From an uncultured Candidatus Saccharibacteria bacterium (GTDB lineage: Bacteria > Patescibacteriota > 4484-211 > JAGQKX01), in NCBI GenBank assembly GCA_964392315.1, contig CAYMOT010000001.1, forward strand, positions 137,578-201,577: a DNA stretch of 64,000 nt, in the 5' to 3' direction. A model generated the notes under the pieces. It searched no databases. It was given only the letters and a program-made list of their open reading frames with translations, and was not told the DNA's origin. Position numbers and translations under genes: made by a program. Within the stretch, counting starts at the first letter, position 1, and every line of letters begins with the position of its first letter. Shown piece after piece: positions 49,723-60,647 of the stretch.

Positions 49723-51378
49723 CTAGTCTTCTAGCAGAGACGGCTGATGGGTATCGTGGACTTTTTTCGCGGTGCTAACTGCTTCTCGTATATCGCGCAG
49801 TTTCCATAAGATTTTGAAGAACATCGTTATCTGATCAACCCCTAACAGCCACGTTGACACCAAGTATGTTACTCCTCCTGTTGTGAGCACTAACCAAACG
49901 AGAACAAGAAGATTGACTACACGTGTGGTATCCAAAAATACTTGGTCAAGATATCTCACCGGCACGTATACCATCACTGCCATGAATATCCCGGATACTG
50001 CAATATTAATTGCAGGCATAAACAATAACCGCTTGTCAAAATGTAACCGCACATCCAGAAGCCACAGAAGTAATATAAATTCAAGCACTGTCCCGATGGT
50101 GATGCCAAATGCCAAACCACTCACCCCCCAAGGGCCCATAAACGTCGCTGCCAGTAGCACCCCTACAACACCCCCGAGCACACTTATCAGGACCGGCAGC
50201 TTGGTCTCACACAACGCAAAAAACGCTCGTAAAATGAGCGTGTTGCTTGCATTTGCGACAAGCCCCAAGGAAAGTAACGCCATCACCCACGCAGTCAACA
50301 CTGTTGCTTCCCAATCAAAAACTCCAGTACCAAGGACTAAACGGACTACCGGAATCTTTAGCACTATCAAAATCACCGTCATGGGTACTACAAGAAATAA
50401 GATTTGATGCCATGAAGCAATAAAGGTTTCTTTCATGTGTCCGTGATTTTTACGGGCGGCTTGTTCAGACATTGTCGGCAAACTTGCTTGTGCAATAGCA
50501 ACCCCTACAATATGCAAGGGGACTAAATAAATACTCTCGGCAAAACGCAAGATAGAAATTGAACCTGCGGTAAGTAAGGAGGCAAAGTTCGTAATTACAA
50601 CACCCTTAATCTGCTCAACCCCTACGCCAATGGTGCGAGGTAATGACAGATATACCAAGCGTTTTAGTTCTTCTCCCAATTCTAATGTTGGATGGTACGA
50701 AAACCCAAGATGGAGAAGCAACGGCACTTGAATCAACAAATGTAAAAGTGCACCCACGATAACTCCCCAGGCCAACCCTTCTACCCCCATGAAAGGGTAC
50801 AGTACAATAAGGCCAAAAATTGCACCGAGGTTATACAGAAGTGGCGACAGGAAGGGAATAAAAAAACGCCTGAATGATTGCAAGGTTCCGGCGACATAGC
50901 TGGAAATACCGAGTATAACCGGAGCAAGAAGCAGAATTCTCATGAGAGAAACAAGCTCAACGCGCTGAGAAGCGGTAAATCCGGCAGCGACAAAATAACT
51001 GATTTGCTCTGCAAATAGCCACATAACGGCACCTACCACGGAAAACGCAATGACCGTCCAATTCATCACGCTACTCGCAAATGTCCACGCTTTGCTGCTT
51101 CCTTTGTTAGTAATATATTCGGTAAAAAGCGGTATAAACGCTGCATTGAGTGAACCAACAATAATTAGTTGATACATGAGGTCAGGGATGCGATCGGCTG
51201 CAACAAAAATATCATACGTCACACTTGCCCCAAGTACACCCGCATACAACCGCACTTTTACCAGGCCAAGAACTTTACTCAACAACATCAGGAATCCAAT
51301 AACAAGCGCTCCTGAGAGAATAGTTGTATGTTCTTGGTATATGAGCTTTTTGCCGTTTTTGAAAATAGAAGCAACCAT
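49723..51378 (-). CDS. murJ: Lipid II flippase MurJ (MviN family)
   Basis: 551 aa with about 14 TM helices. The N-terminus SKVLGLVKVRLYAGVLGASVTYDIFVAADRIPDLMYQLI is typical of MurJ. Confidence 0.75.
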   Translation of the reverse strand: MVASIFKNGKKLIYQEHTTILSGALVIGFLMLLSKVLGLVKVRLYAGVLGASVTYDIFVAADRIPDLMYQLIIVGSLNAAFIPLFTEYITNKGSSKAWTFASSVMNWTVIAFSVVGAVMWLFAEQISYFVAAGFTASQRVELVSLMRILLLAPVILGISSYVAGTLQSFRRFFIPFLSPLLYNLGAIFGLIVLYPFMGVEGLAWGVIVGALLHLLIQVPLLLHLGFSYHPTLELGEELKRLVYLSLPRTIGVGVEQIKGVVITNFASLLTAGSISILRFAESIYLVPLHIVGVAIAQASLPTMSEQAARKNHGHMKETFIASWHQILFLVVPMTVILIVLKIPVVRLVLGTGVFDWEATVLTAWVMALLSLGLVANASNTLILRAFFALCETKLPVLISVLGGVVGVLLAATFMGPWGVSGLAFGITIGTVLEFILLLWLLDVRLHFDKRLLFMPAINIAVSGIFMAVMVYVPVRYLDQVFLDTTRVVNLLVLVWLVLTTGGVTYLVSTWLLGVDQITMFFKILWKLRDIREAVSTAKKVHDTHQPSLLED

Positions 51379-51565
51379 ACTACAGACACTACAAATGCTA
51401 AGATTTGTTGTGTAATACCCATTGTACTGAGTTTAGACTAAAAATTAAGACTTGATATTTGGATAAAATCGTGAAGCACACTTATTTCGTCACTCTAAGG
51501 GCTTATCTTGTTGCTTGGACCACAATTACGTGGTATAGTCAGCAGGATCAAATAACCAGAATAGT

Positions 51566-51799
51566 ATGCCAAACACTGCATCTGCAACAAAAGCGCTCAG
51601 ACAATCAAAAAGAAAGAAGGCGAGTAACGATATTCAGAAAGTGGCCTATCGGAAAGCAGTAAAGGAAGTACGTACAAAACCTTCTGCCGAAGCACTTACT
51701 ACTGCATACTCAAAAGTTGATTTAGCAGCAAAAAAGAATGTTATCACCAAGAAAAAGGCAGACCGAATCAAAAGCCGCCTTTCTCGACTTATTCAGTAA
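51566..51799 (+). CDS. rpsT: 30S ribosomal protein S20
   Basis: 77 aa, basic and helical. The ASATKALRQSKRKKASN pattern matches S20. It is adjacent to a convergent holA-like gene, a neighbourhood known from Firmicutes. Confidence 0.7.
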   Translation: MPNTASATKALRQSKRKKASNDIQKVAYRKAVKEVRTKPSAEALTTAYSKVDLAAKKNVITKKKADRIKSRLSRLIQ

Positions 51800-52643
51800 T
51801 ATACTGCAATAAAAAGTCTGGCAATTCGTCTTCTATATCTCCTTCTCCCATTTTTACCCGGTAATCTATCTGCACCAAATGGCTGTAAGCATTTTTAAGT
51901 TCTTGTACATCCCACTGCCGAATTTGCTGTTTGAGTTTTTGAACAACAAAGGGATGATTGCCCGTTAATCCATCAGTTTCAGTTGCTAAAAGTAGTAATC
52001 TCACTTGCCGGGCAAGCATACTCAGGAGGTAAAACTGATCCGCCCCAGACTCAATAATTCGCGCATACTGCGCAAGTGCCATCATTGTTCTATTCCCAAA
52101 CGCATCTACAAATTCAAATATGTTTTCTTCGAGGGTTTTTTTGGAAATGATCTCACTATGCTCAGTGGTAATGGTATTGCCGTACGCGGCGAATGCAGAG
52201 AGTTTTTCAAGTTCGTGGTGCCATAACCACATATTCGCCCCATGCCTATCCCACAAAAGCTGCAGCACTTGTGGATCTACAGGAAAGCCTTTACTGCGCA
52301 CCCAAGCAAACATTTGTCCCTTATCCTTTTGTGAAAATTCCTCTTCTACCCCAGACTGGACAATTTTCTTGAACATGGAGCTTCTTTTATCAACCTTTTG
52401 TGTTTCTACAAATACAATATCCTGTTCGGAGTGATCATCAAGCCACGTGGGGGAAATGCTATTAAGGAGATTGCGGAGGACGAGTATAGGTTGTTCTCCA
52501 AATAGCCCTTGTTGCGTTCCGTGAGACGCCAAAAGCGATAAATCTTCAACATCGTCGATGTAAACACGTTCTCTGTCTGCGGTTAATGCAGTGATACGCT
52601 CTTGTATTGAATAATCGTCTGCTCCGTGTAGAAGGTAAAACAT
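51789..52643 (-). CDS. holA: DNA polymerase III delta subunit (HolA)-like protein
   Basis: The N-terminus FYLLHGADDYSIQE matches the delta-subunit clamp-loader family. Size and genomic context (next to rpsT) also fit. Confidence 0.55.
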   Translation of the reverse strand: MFYLLHGADDYSIQERITALTADRERVYIDDVEDLSLLASHGTQQGLFGEQPILVLRNLLNSISPTWLDDHSEQDIVFVETQKVDKRSSMFKKIVQSGVEEEFSQKDKGQMFAWVRSKGFPVDPQVLQLLWDRHGANMWLWHHELEKLSAFAAYGNTITTEHSEIISKKTLEENIFEFVDAFGNRTMMALAQYARIIESGADQFYLLSMLARQVRLLLLATETDGLTGNHPFVVQKLKQQIRQWDVQELKNAYSHLVQIDYRVKMGEGDIEDELPDFLLQYITE

Positions 52644-52644
52644 C

Positions 52645-53823
52645 TTATTCCGTAGGGGCAGGGTAGAAGTTCGCTTCTATCCATTCATGAATCTTCGTGT
52701 AGTTGTTCTGACCGATCGTAGGAATTAAAACGTACGCACCTGCAAATAACCCTGGATCAGGTGCATATAAAAGCGGCGGATCTATATCCGGCCCACCGAG
52801 GACATGTCCTTTCAGTTCAAGTGCATTTAAATCTTTTGCAATGCCGTAAAAAAGCGGTAACTCACCAAGCTCAATATTTGTGGTGACATTTTCAGACACA
52901 GCCTGATATAGCCCTTGGATTCGTTGAAGGTTAAACAGTGTTTCAGTTGACATAACTTTTGTAATAAACGCCTCAATGACTTTTTGCTGCCGCTTTGCCC
53001 GTGCAAAATCGCTACCCTCCGCACCCAAGGCATGCCGACTGCGTGCATATTTGAGTGCAGTCTCTCCATCCATCGTTTGCCATCCTTCGGCAAACTGAAC
53101 ATGCTCATACCGCTCCTCCCATATTGCATTTTCATATCCCGCACGTGGATACATATAATCATCAAATGCGTTTTCCACATAGACCTCTAGTCCTTCTACC
53201 GCGTCGACTCCTTTTACAAATGCTTCAAAATCTGTCCGCATCCAGTAATGGATAGGCATTCCGGTAACGTCCTCAACCACTGCTTTTAGTAATCCCATAC
53301 CACCACTATCTGGATATCCATACCGATCACCCAACGCATGCACCGCATTGATCTTGGCATGCTGCTCTGCAACATCCTCGAATGCAGCAATCCGCACCCA
53401 AAGATCTCGGGGAAGAGAAAGCATGTTAACCACACCTCGTTCGGAATCAATGGAGGCGATAATTATAGTATCAGCGAGAAACCCATTCCTCGTGAGCGAT
53501 CCATCCGGCCCCGCATATTGATACGGCTGGAAACTGCGCTTATCTATTCCCACCAGCAGAACGTTCGTATTACCATGCTCATCTTTAGCTATTTTGGGAG
53601 CACCAGGCAACATAAACGAAATGGCGGTCGCGGACTCATCCCACACCGCTGCAAGCGTACGTACCACGGGAGTCAATAGCAACTTTAAGCCAAACAAGAC
53701 GATCGCCAGTCCAATAATGACACCGACTGATTTTCGAAGACGGGAGGGTTTCTTGGGAGCTGTTACTCGGCGTGTTGAACGATTTTTATTTGATTTTACG
53801 GGCAGAGATTTCTGGTAACGCAT
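52645..53823 (-). CDS. LCP (LytR-CpsA-Psr) family cell-envelope glycopolymer transferase
   Basis: TM anchor, then the LCP core (NVLLVGIDKRS ... MLSLPRDLWV). Confidence 0.7.
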   Translation of the reverse strand: MRYQKSLPVKSNKNRSTRRVTAPKKPSRLRKSVGVIIGLAIVLFGLKLLLTPVVRTLAAVWDESATAISFMLPGAPKIAKDEHGNTNVLLVGIDKRSFQPYQYAGPDGSLTRNGFLADTIIIASIDSERGVVNMLSLPRDLWVRIAAFEDVAEQHAKINAVHALGDRYGYPDSGGMGLLKAVVEDVTGMPIHYWMRTDFEAFVKGVDAVEGLEVYVENAFDDYMYPRAGYENAIWEERYEHVQFAEGWQTMDGETALKYARSRHALGAEGSDFARAKRQQKVIEAFITKVMSTETLFNLQRIQGLYQAVSENVTTNIELGELPLFYGIAKDLNALELKGHVLGGPDIDPPLLYAPDPGLFAGAYVLIPTIGQNNYTKIHEWIEANFYPAPTE

Positions 53824-53847
53824 AAAACAGTTACGGTTATACCATTT

Positions 53848-54594
53848 TTACAAATTATGGAGAAGCGCAGCAAAGTCTTGGGCGGAAAGGCTCGCATTAC
53901 CAGGCATGGCACCGGCAACCTCAACCAAATGCCAATACGTACGGATGTTTTCTGCATTTACACTGCCACCATACAAAACAGGGATGTCGGTGCCCGCTAT
54001 CGAAGAGACTCTTTCGAGCGATTCCGCACATTGCTCGGCAGTAAGAGGCTTGCCGCCGAAGGTTGAGATAGCAGAAATGGGTTCGTATACGAGCATTATA
54101 TTTTCACGCGCTTCGCGTGATACATGTTCAAGGATGGATGTAATATGCGCTTCGAACCATCCATCGTTTACATCCACCGCTTCCTGCGGTACTCTTCCTT
54201 CACTCGTTATTTGATCTGCGATACAGACAAAACAACGCAAATTACCGTCAAGTGCCTGCGCCACTTTTTGAGCCACGATTGTATTGGTGTCTCCGAAATA
54301 CATACGTCGCTCCGAGTGCCCTATGATCACACTATCGACAAGATATTTTAACTGTTGTACTCCTACTTCTCCGGTATATGCGCCATCTGGATACGCACTA
54401 ATATCTTGTGCCGCAAGGCCAATGGGCAACTCCAGCATATCTATGGTTTCCCGCATAACCGGAAGGAGCGGAAACGGTGCCGCGACGACAATATGCGCAG
54501 GTACGGAAGGAGCCGACTCTTTAATATCATGCAACCATGCCACTGCCTCTTCCTCCGTTTTATGTTGTTTCCAATTCGCGACAATGTATTTCAT
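53848..54594 (-). CDS. tpiA: Triosephosphate isomerase
   Basis: IVANWKQH and IIGHSERR, with catalytic Lys/His/Glu in canonical spacing. Confidence 0.9.
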   Translation of the reverse strand: MKYIVANWKQHKTEEEAVAWLHDIKESAPSVPAHIVVAAPFPLLPVMRETIDMLELPIGLAAQDISAYPDGAYTGEVGVQQLKYLVDSVIIGHSERRMYFGDTNTIVAQKVAQALDGNLRCFVCIADQITSEGRVPQEAVDVNDGWFEAHITSILEHVSREARENIMLVYEPISAISTFGGKPLTAEQCAESLERVSSIAGTDIPVLYGGSVNAENIRTYWHLVEVAGAMPGNASLSAQDFAALLHNL

Positions 54595-54633
54595 ACATAG
54601 CTCTACCTAACACCTCCATATCAATAGGCATTA

Positions 54634-55647
54634 TTAAGAGAGTGCTTCCAACCCCGGCAGCGTTCCTTCTCCCAAATATTCAAGCATAGCACCACCACCA
54701 GTAGACACAAAGTCAAATTTCTTTAAGAGCCCAAACGCATTCATTGCTGCGATTGTGTCACCACCACCAATAACAGTACGTGCGCCTGAATTTAAAACTG
54801 CCTCAGCTATTCGGCGAGTCCCGTGTGAAAATTCTTCCTTTTCATAGACCCCCATCGGTCCATTCCACACAATAGTAGCTGCCTTATCTATATACGTTTC
54901 GAACAATTCGGCACTTTTAGGGCCAATATCCTCTATGCCAATAGCGTCAACTGGGAACCGTACACCTTTAATTCCCTCAAGTTCTTTAGCAAACATCAAC
55001 TTGCCACCAAGAAGTATGGTATCCGCATACGTAGACATACCTGATACGATTGGAACTTTGGTATCAGCCTTGCCGCCCCCCATGATCATAACCAGCGGCC
55101 TGGCTGGATTTTCTCGGATGGCTTTCAGCTCTTTGACCTCTTCGCTTAAACGAAGCCCGGCATACGCAGGGAGTAGCCGTGGGACACCTACTATTGACGC
55201 ATGATCCCGGTGTGATGCAGAAAATGCCTCATTCACGTACACATCAGCAAACGAAGCGAGCAATCTCACGAATGGTGCGCGGTTTTCCTCCTCTTCTGCA
55301 TAAAAACGCAAATTTTGTAGTACAACCACACGGTCTTTTGTTAAGAGAGATCGTACTTCCTGAGGATTGGTATACCAGTTTTCAGAGAAACCTACAGCTA
55401 TGCCCAAAAATTCTGAAAACCATTTAACAATCGGGGAAAGCGTATACGTTATATCGTACCCCTCCGGCCGTCCCAAGTGACCACAAACGACTATCTTTGC
55501 ATTCATCTTGAGCAAGTATTTAAGTGTTGGCAACATCATACGCAGCCGAAAATCCTCGACCACGTGACCCTTTTCGACCTCCACGTCCAGGTCCCCACGA
55601 ACGAGCACTGTTTTGTTGACCTCACTGTATTCTTTTAAAGATCTCAT
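54634..55647 (-). CDS. pgk: Phosphoglycerate kinase (compact form, 337 aa)
   Basis: VLVRGDLDV near the N-terminus and the C-terminal GGGDT...STGGGA motif. Confidence 0.85.
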   Translation of the reverse strand: MRSLKEYSEVNKTVLVRGDLDVEVEKGHVVEDFRLRMMLPTLKYLLKMNAKIVVCGHLGRPEGYDITYTLSPIVKWFSEFLGIAVGFSENWYTNPQEVRSLLTKDRVVVLQNLRFYAEEEENRAPFVRLLASFADVYVNEAFSASHRDHASIVGVPRLLPAYAGLRLSEEVKELKAIRENPARPLVMIMGGGKADTKVPIVSGMSTYADTILLGGKLMFAKELEGIKGVRFPVDAIGIEDIGPKSAELFETYIDKAATIVWNGPMGVYEKEEFSHGTRRIAEAVLNSGARTVIGGGDTIAAMNAFGLLKKFDFVSTGGGAMLEYLGEGTLPGLEALS

Positions 55648-55778
55648 GTACCAATAGTAACACGCACCTGAAACAAATCTAAAATTCTATCTGGAGGATT
55701 TGTATTATCGTTTGCATCTAAAATCAGGAAGGTAAAAGTAGTTTAGGACATTTGGTAACGTTTAAAAGTCGGTTTACA

Positions 55779-56249
55779 CTAGCGTCTACGTCTATTATCT
55801 GCCCCGCCTAAAGAGAATTCTCGTTCCTTTCGTGCTTGTGCAGCTTCCCCATAGAGATCACGTATATCTTCGCTTGAGGTTTTAGGTTGAAAATCTTTTG
55901 CACCTTCGCTTGTGTAAACTGGCTCACTGTGAGGGGTTTGTTGTACCCTTGTAGAAAATCTACTGCCCTCAACCGGCATAGTTTGAGGGGCTACATCACG
56001 AGTCTGTTGAATTTCCCTCCGGCGCCTTCGACCTTCAAGTAGATATTTCTTCATGCCCCCAGAATTTTCGTCTCTTGAGCGTCCTGCTCTCTTCCGCCCG
56101 GTATGTCTATCTTGTCGACCGACCTGCCGGTCGTTTGCAAGTGAGCTTCCTTGTTTTTCCGCAACTAATCCTGCGTGCTGTTGTTCACTTTCAAATCCAT
56201 CAGGGCTGTCATGTAATAAGTCTGGATTAAATGGAGATTCGCCTGACAT
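55779..56249 (-). CDS. Hypothetical Arg-rich low-complexity protein encoded between gap and pgk
   Basis: 156-aa ORF on the operon strand. Basic and disordered-looking composition. It may be a non-coding spacer instead. Confidence 0.3.
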   Translation of the reverse strand: MSGESPFNPDLLHDSPDGFESEQQHAGLVAEKQGSSLANDRQVGRQDRHTGRKRAGRSRDENSGGMKKYLLEGRRRRREIQQTRDVAPQTMPVEGSRFSTRVQQTPHSEPVYTSEGAKDFQPKTSSEDIRDLYGEAAQARKEREFSLGGADNRRRR

Positions 56250-56252
56250 AAG

Positions 56253-57329
56253 TTATTTGCTAATCTCGACCGCCATCTCGACGAGGCGGTTGGAGTATCC
56301 CCACTCGTTGTCGTACCATGCGAGAACTTTCACCAAGTCTCCATCGACTACACGAGTCAGCGAAAGGTCAACAATTGCGGAATAACTGCTACCTATAATA
56401 TCTGAGGACACGAGTGGTGCATAGGTTACGGCGAGAATATTTTCATAGAAAGGATTTTTGCTTGCTTCGACAAATGCCTCATTCACTTCTTCAACCGTGG
56501 TAGGCCGATCAACCAACACCGTAAAGTCTGACAAAGACCCTGTTATAACCGGAACTCTAATGGCCAATCCGTCAAATTTGCCCGTTAAATTAGGAAACAC
56601 CTCCGATACAGACTTCGCAGCACCAGTTGCAGTAGGGACTACATTTACCATAGCAGAACGAGCCTCTCGCAGGTCGGTTTTAAGCCCAGTCGGCGGAGAA
56701 TCTACCAGTTCTTGACTGGCGGTTACCGCATGTACTGTCGTCATCATTGCCTTTTTGATGCCAAACGTTTGCTGAATCACCGCAGTGACCGGAGAAATAC
56801 AATTTGTTGTACACGATGCATTCGAGATTACATCCTGCGCATCGTACTTGTCGTGGTTAACGCCTTTTAAGAAAAATTGAATGTCACCACCCTTGGTTGG
56901 AGCAGAAACAACCACACGCTTTGCACCTGCCTGGATATGTGCCCTCGCAGAACCATCTTTTGTGAAAAATCCAGTACACTCAAGCACCACATCGACCTTA
57001 AGGTCACCCCAAGGGAGCTGTGCGGGGTCTTTTTGCGCAAATACACGTACTCTGTGGTCGTTTACTATTAGATATACTTCCGAGGGTGCGGTGGCTACGC
57101 TATAGTCAACAGGAACCGTATCATCATCAAAATCTATAAGAACACCATCTTCTTCAACTTTTACCGAATTACCATACTCACCATACACTGAATCGTAAAT
57201 GAGCAAATGTGCAAGCACGCGCGCGTTCGTCAAGTCGTTTATAGCAACGATCTCTACATCGTCACGCTCAAACGCAATTTTAAATGCTTGCCGTCCGATA
57301 CGACCAAATCCATTAATAGCTATACGCAT
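56253..57329 (-). CDS. gap: Glyceraldehyde-3-phosphate dehydrogenase
   Basis: INGFGRIGR and ASCTTNC. Confidence 0.95.
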   Translation of the reverse strand: MRIAINGFGRIGRQAFKIAFERDDVEIVAINDLTNARVLAHLLIYDSVYGEYGNSVKVEEDGVLIDFDDDTVPVDYSVATAPSEVYLIVNDHRVRVFAQKDPAQLPWGDLKVDVVLECTGFFTKDGSARAHIQAGAKRVVVSAPTKGGDIQFFLKGVNHDKYDAQDVISNASCTTNCISPVTAVIQQTFGIKKAMMTTVHAVTASQELVDSPPTGLKTDLREARSAMVNVVPTATGAAKSVSEVFPNLTGKFDGLAIRVPVITGSLSDFTVLVDRPTTVEEVNEAFVEASKNPFYENILAVTYAPLVSSDIIGSSYSAIVDLSLTRVVDGDLVKVLAWYDNEWGYSNRLVEMAVEISK

Positions 57330-57341
57330 ATGAAAAATATA

Positions 57342-57617
57342 TTACTCACTGATATGTGAATCGATCCATGCCTTAAACGCATCTTTTGGCGTTGCGCCTA
57401 TTTTGCGATCTACTTCTGCTCCATCCCGTTCAATAATAAAGGTAGGGATGCTCATTACTCCAGCCTTTTGGACTTTTTCCCGATTCACGGGATCATCCAC
57501 ATCAAGCTTCTGGAACTCGACTTTCCCGGAATATAAAGGCTCGAGCTCTTCTAAGATAGGCTCCATGTGGTGGCATGGCCCACACCAATCTGCGTAGTAA
57601 TCTATGAGCGTGATCAT
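57342..57617 (-). CDS. trxA: Thioredoxin
   Basis: WCGPC active site. 91 aa. Confidence 0.9.
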   Translation of the reverse strand: MITLIDYYADWCGPCHHMEPILEELEPLYSGKVEFQKLDVDDPVNREKVQKAGVMSIPTFIIERDGAEVDRKIGATPKDAFKAWIDSHISE

Positions 57618-57726
57618 TGAATGAGCATATCACACTCGCCATACACGAGCCACGTGTATTTTGAATTGATATAACAACAATTTCTAATCTATTGCTGCTT
57701 GTAGCGACACGCGATATGATTACAGT

Positions 57727-58650
57727 ATGTTTGTAGCTAAAATCAGGGATATGGTACAGCGTAACGCAAAAATTCTCATGATCTTGGCACTGGTGCTGCT
57801 TGGTGTTTCCTTGCTCCTCAAGACAACTTTTAACTCTCAATCCAGCTCCGAATTAAGCATGGTAAAACCAGGTATCGGCAGTGCTCCTTCCCGGCAAATC
57901 TCAGATGATGCCGGCGTATCGGATGAATATAGCCCTCAACCCACGATACCCGCGTCTTCGAGCCCAGACCTGCGACTGATTATTAAGAACGCCTCTCTAT
58001 CTATTACTACCACTAACATCGACGACAGTACGCAAACCATTAAAGATCTCACTGCTGCATTAGGCGGGTTTGTCGTCCAGGCAAACATCAGCACAGCAAG
58101 TTACAAGGGAGACTCACGCTACGGCAGTATTATTATCCGTGTGCCTTCAGAACGTTTTGATGAAGCAATGACGACTATTAAAAATGCCGCAAAGGAAGTA
58201 ACAACAGAAAGCGTCACCGGGCAAGATGTGACCGAGGAGTATACCGACCTTTCCGCCCAACTCAAAAATCTGGAAGCAACTGAGGCAGAACTACGGGAAC
58301 TGTTTGCACGTACCGGCTCGGTTACAGAAATCTTACAAGTGCAAAAAGAGCTCACCACGATACGGAGCCAAATAGAGGTACTTGCTGGCAGAATACAATA
58401 CTTAACCAATAGCGCAAAAATGTCCGCAATTACCGTATCACTTACCGAAGAAGATGAATCAATTGTTGTCAACAAAGAATGGAACCTCTTCACCATAGCA
58501 AAGGAAGCAGCCCAAGATTTGGTTACCTCACTACAAAATCTCGCAAGCACACTTACGTATGCACTTATCTATTACGGTCCCTATGTAGGTGTCATCGCGC
58601 TTATGGCGTGGATCATCGCCCGAAAAACACGGCGTACGAAGATGGGGTAG
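57727..58650 (+). CDS. DUF4349 domain-containing membrane-anchored protein
   Basis: An N-terminal TM helix and the pattern IIKNASLSITTTNIDDSTQTIKDL...SVTGQDVTEEYTDLSAQLKNLEATE are characteristic of DUF4349. A C-terminal TM helix is also present. Confidence 0.55.
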   Translation: MFVAKIRDMVQRNAKILMILALVLLGVSLLLKTTFNSQSSSELSMVKPGIGSAPSRQISDDAGVSDEYSPQPTIPASSSPDLRLIIKNASLSITTTNIDDSTQTIKDLTAALGGFVVQANISTASYKGDSRYGSIIIRVPSERFDEAMTTIKNAAKEVTTESVTGQDVTEEYTDLSAQLKNLEATEAELRELFARTGSVTEILQVQKELTTIRSQIEVLAGRIQYLTNSAKMSAITVSLTEEDESIVVNKEWNLFTIAKEAAQDLVTSLQNLASTLTYALIYYGPYVGVIALMAWIIARKTRRTKMG

Positions 58651-58670
58651 TTTTCTGATATTATACGTGC

Positions 58671-60647
58671 GTGGCAGATACTACCCTTTTAGATTCCCTC
58701 AATCCAAACCAACAGGCAGCCGTCATCCATGAAGGCGGGCCGGCGCTCGTGCTTGCAGGTGCCGGGAGCGGCAAGACACGCGTACTCACCCACCGAGTAG
58801 CATACCTTATTGAACAGGGCACCAAACCAGACGCAATCCTCGGAGTAACGTTCACGAATAAGGCGAGTAAGGAAATGCAAGCGCGCATCGCGAAGCTTCT
58901 TGTGCAGTCTGACCTCTCGTTTAAAACGAAACCACTTCTGGGGACATTTCATTCGATTTGTGCACGCTTTCTCAGACGACACATCCAAAATCTTGGCTAC
59001 TCCAACGACTTTGTTATCTATGACACATCCGATCAAGTTGCTGTCATCAAAAAGATTGCTCATGACTTAGAAATAGACCCTAAGCGGTATGCGCCTAAGG
59101 CAATTCTTAACGCCATATCCTCCGCAAAAAATGAATTACTTTCGCCCGAGGAATACCGAACATACGTGCGTGGTCCATTTCAGGAACAGGTTGATAAGGT
59201 CTACCCGCGATATCAAAAGGCGCTCAAGCTATGCAATGCGGTTGACTTTGACGACCTTCTAATGCTGACGGTCAAGTTATTTCAAAACCACCAAGAGATA
59301 TTGGAGACTTACCAAGAGGTTTTTCAGCATGTCCTTATAGACGAGTATCAAGATACCAACCAAGCTCAGTACATGCTCGCACGACTGCTTGCCAGTAGCC
59401 ATCAGAACATATTCGCAGTAGGAGACATGTCGCAAGCAATTTATAGTTGGCGGGGTGCGAATATTCGTAATATCTTGCAGTTTCGTCACGACTATCCCAC
59501 TGCAGTGATTTATAACCTTGAGCAAAACTACCGTTCTACCCAAACCATACTCGACGCAGCGACCGCGATTATCAAACCGAACAAGACCGCCCACCCGATA
59601 TTAAACCTCTGGACCGAAAATAATAGAGGGGAACTCATTATTCTTTATGAGGGCAATGACGAGAGTGACGAGGCGTATTATGTCTGCCAACAAATTAAGC
59701 GCTTGCTTATTGAAGGCTATGCGTATAGTGACCTCAGCGTGCTGTACCGCACCAACGCGCAATCACGTGCTCTCGAAGAGCTTTTCATCCGTGAAGGTGT
59801 GCCATACCAACTCATCGGAAACGTTAAATTTTATGACCGAAAGGAAATTAAAGACGTACTTTCGTACCTAAGGCTTACGTTTAACCAAAGCGACGAGGTC
59901 AGCTTCGAGCGGATAGTCAATACACCACCTCGTGGAATCGGCCCCGCGACCATCGGAAAAGGTGGTCCCAAGCTGGACTCATTTTATGAACTACTACATA
60001 AGTTTCACGAGAAGTCTCAAGACACGAATGTCTACGACCTCATAGACTATATTCTGGATGAGATTAAGTATGAAGATTACTTAGATGACGGGACAGAAGA
60101 AGGCATTATGCGATGGGAAAATGTAAAAGAACTGCGTTCAGTAGCTGCAGAATTTGCACACCTTCCAGCGAGAGAATCATTACAATCATTTCTTGAAAAT
60201 GTTGCGTTAGTGGAACAAACAGACATGACACAATCAGATACTAAAACTGAACTTGTGCCAAAGGATACCAACAAAAATGCCGTTACGCTCATGACATTAC
60301 ACGCAGCAAAAGGACTTGAGTTTCCGGTTGTGTTTATGGTGGGCATGGAAGAAGGTATCTTCCCGCATGCAAAAAGTATTATGGAGCAAGGAGAATTGGA
60401 AGAGGAACGAAGGTTGTGTTACGTAGGAATTACACGTGCGATGCAGCGACTGTATATGACCTACACACGAAGACGAGTGTATTTTGGAGAAAGAATGCCA
60501 AATGCCCCCTCGAGATTTTTAGGGGACCTCCCTTCACAACTTATCAAAATTGAACGATCTGACATAATGGAATCGTATCGCCCTAAACCTCGCTTCGATC
60601 GGTATGGATACGGAGGAAACTACGATGACGAGACCATTTATTTTTAA
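58671..60647 (+). CDS. pcrA: ATP-dependent DNA helicase PcrA/UvrD (SF1)
   Basis: LNPNQQAAV, Walker A AGAGSGKT, and VGITRA near the C-terminus. Confidence 0.9.
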   Translation: MADTTLLDSLNPNQQAAVIHEGGPALVLAGAGSGKTRVLTHRVAYLIEQGTKPDAILGVTFTNKASKEMQARIAKLLVQSDLSFKTKPLLGTFHSICARFLRRHIQNLGYSNDFVIYDTSDQVAVIKKIAHDLEIDPKRYAPKAILNAISSAKNELLSPEEYRTYVRGPFQEQVDKVYPRYQKALKLCNAVDFDDLLMLTVKLFQNHQEILETYQEVFQHVLIDEYQDTNQAQYMLARLLASSHQNIFAVGDMSQAIYSWRGANIRNILQFRHDYPTAVIYNLEQNYRSTQTILDAATAIIKPNKTAHPILNLWTENNRGELIILYEGNDESDEAYYVCQQIKRLLIEGYAYSDLSVLYRTNAQSRALEELFIREGVPYQLIGNVKFYDRKEIKDVLSYLRLTFNQSDEVSFERIVNTPPRGIGPATIGKGGPKLDSFYELLHKFHEKSQDTNVYDLIDYILDEIKYEDYLDDGTEEGIMRWENVKELRSVAAEFAHLPARESLQSFLENVALVEQTDMTQSDTKTELVPKDTNKNAVTLMTLHAAKGLEFPVVFMVGMEEGIFPHAKSIMEQGELEEERRLCYVGITRAMQRLYMTYTRRRVYFGERMPNAPSRFLGDLPSQLIKIERSDIMESYRPKPRFDRYGYGGNYDDETIYF

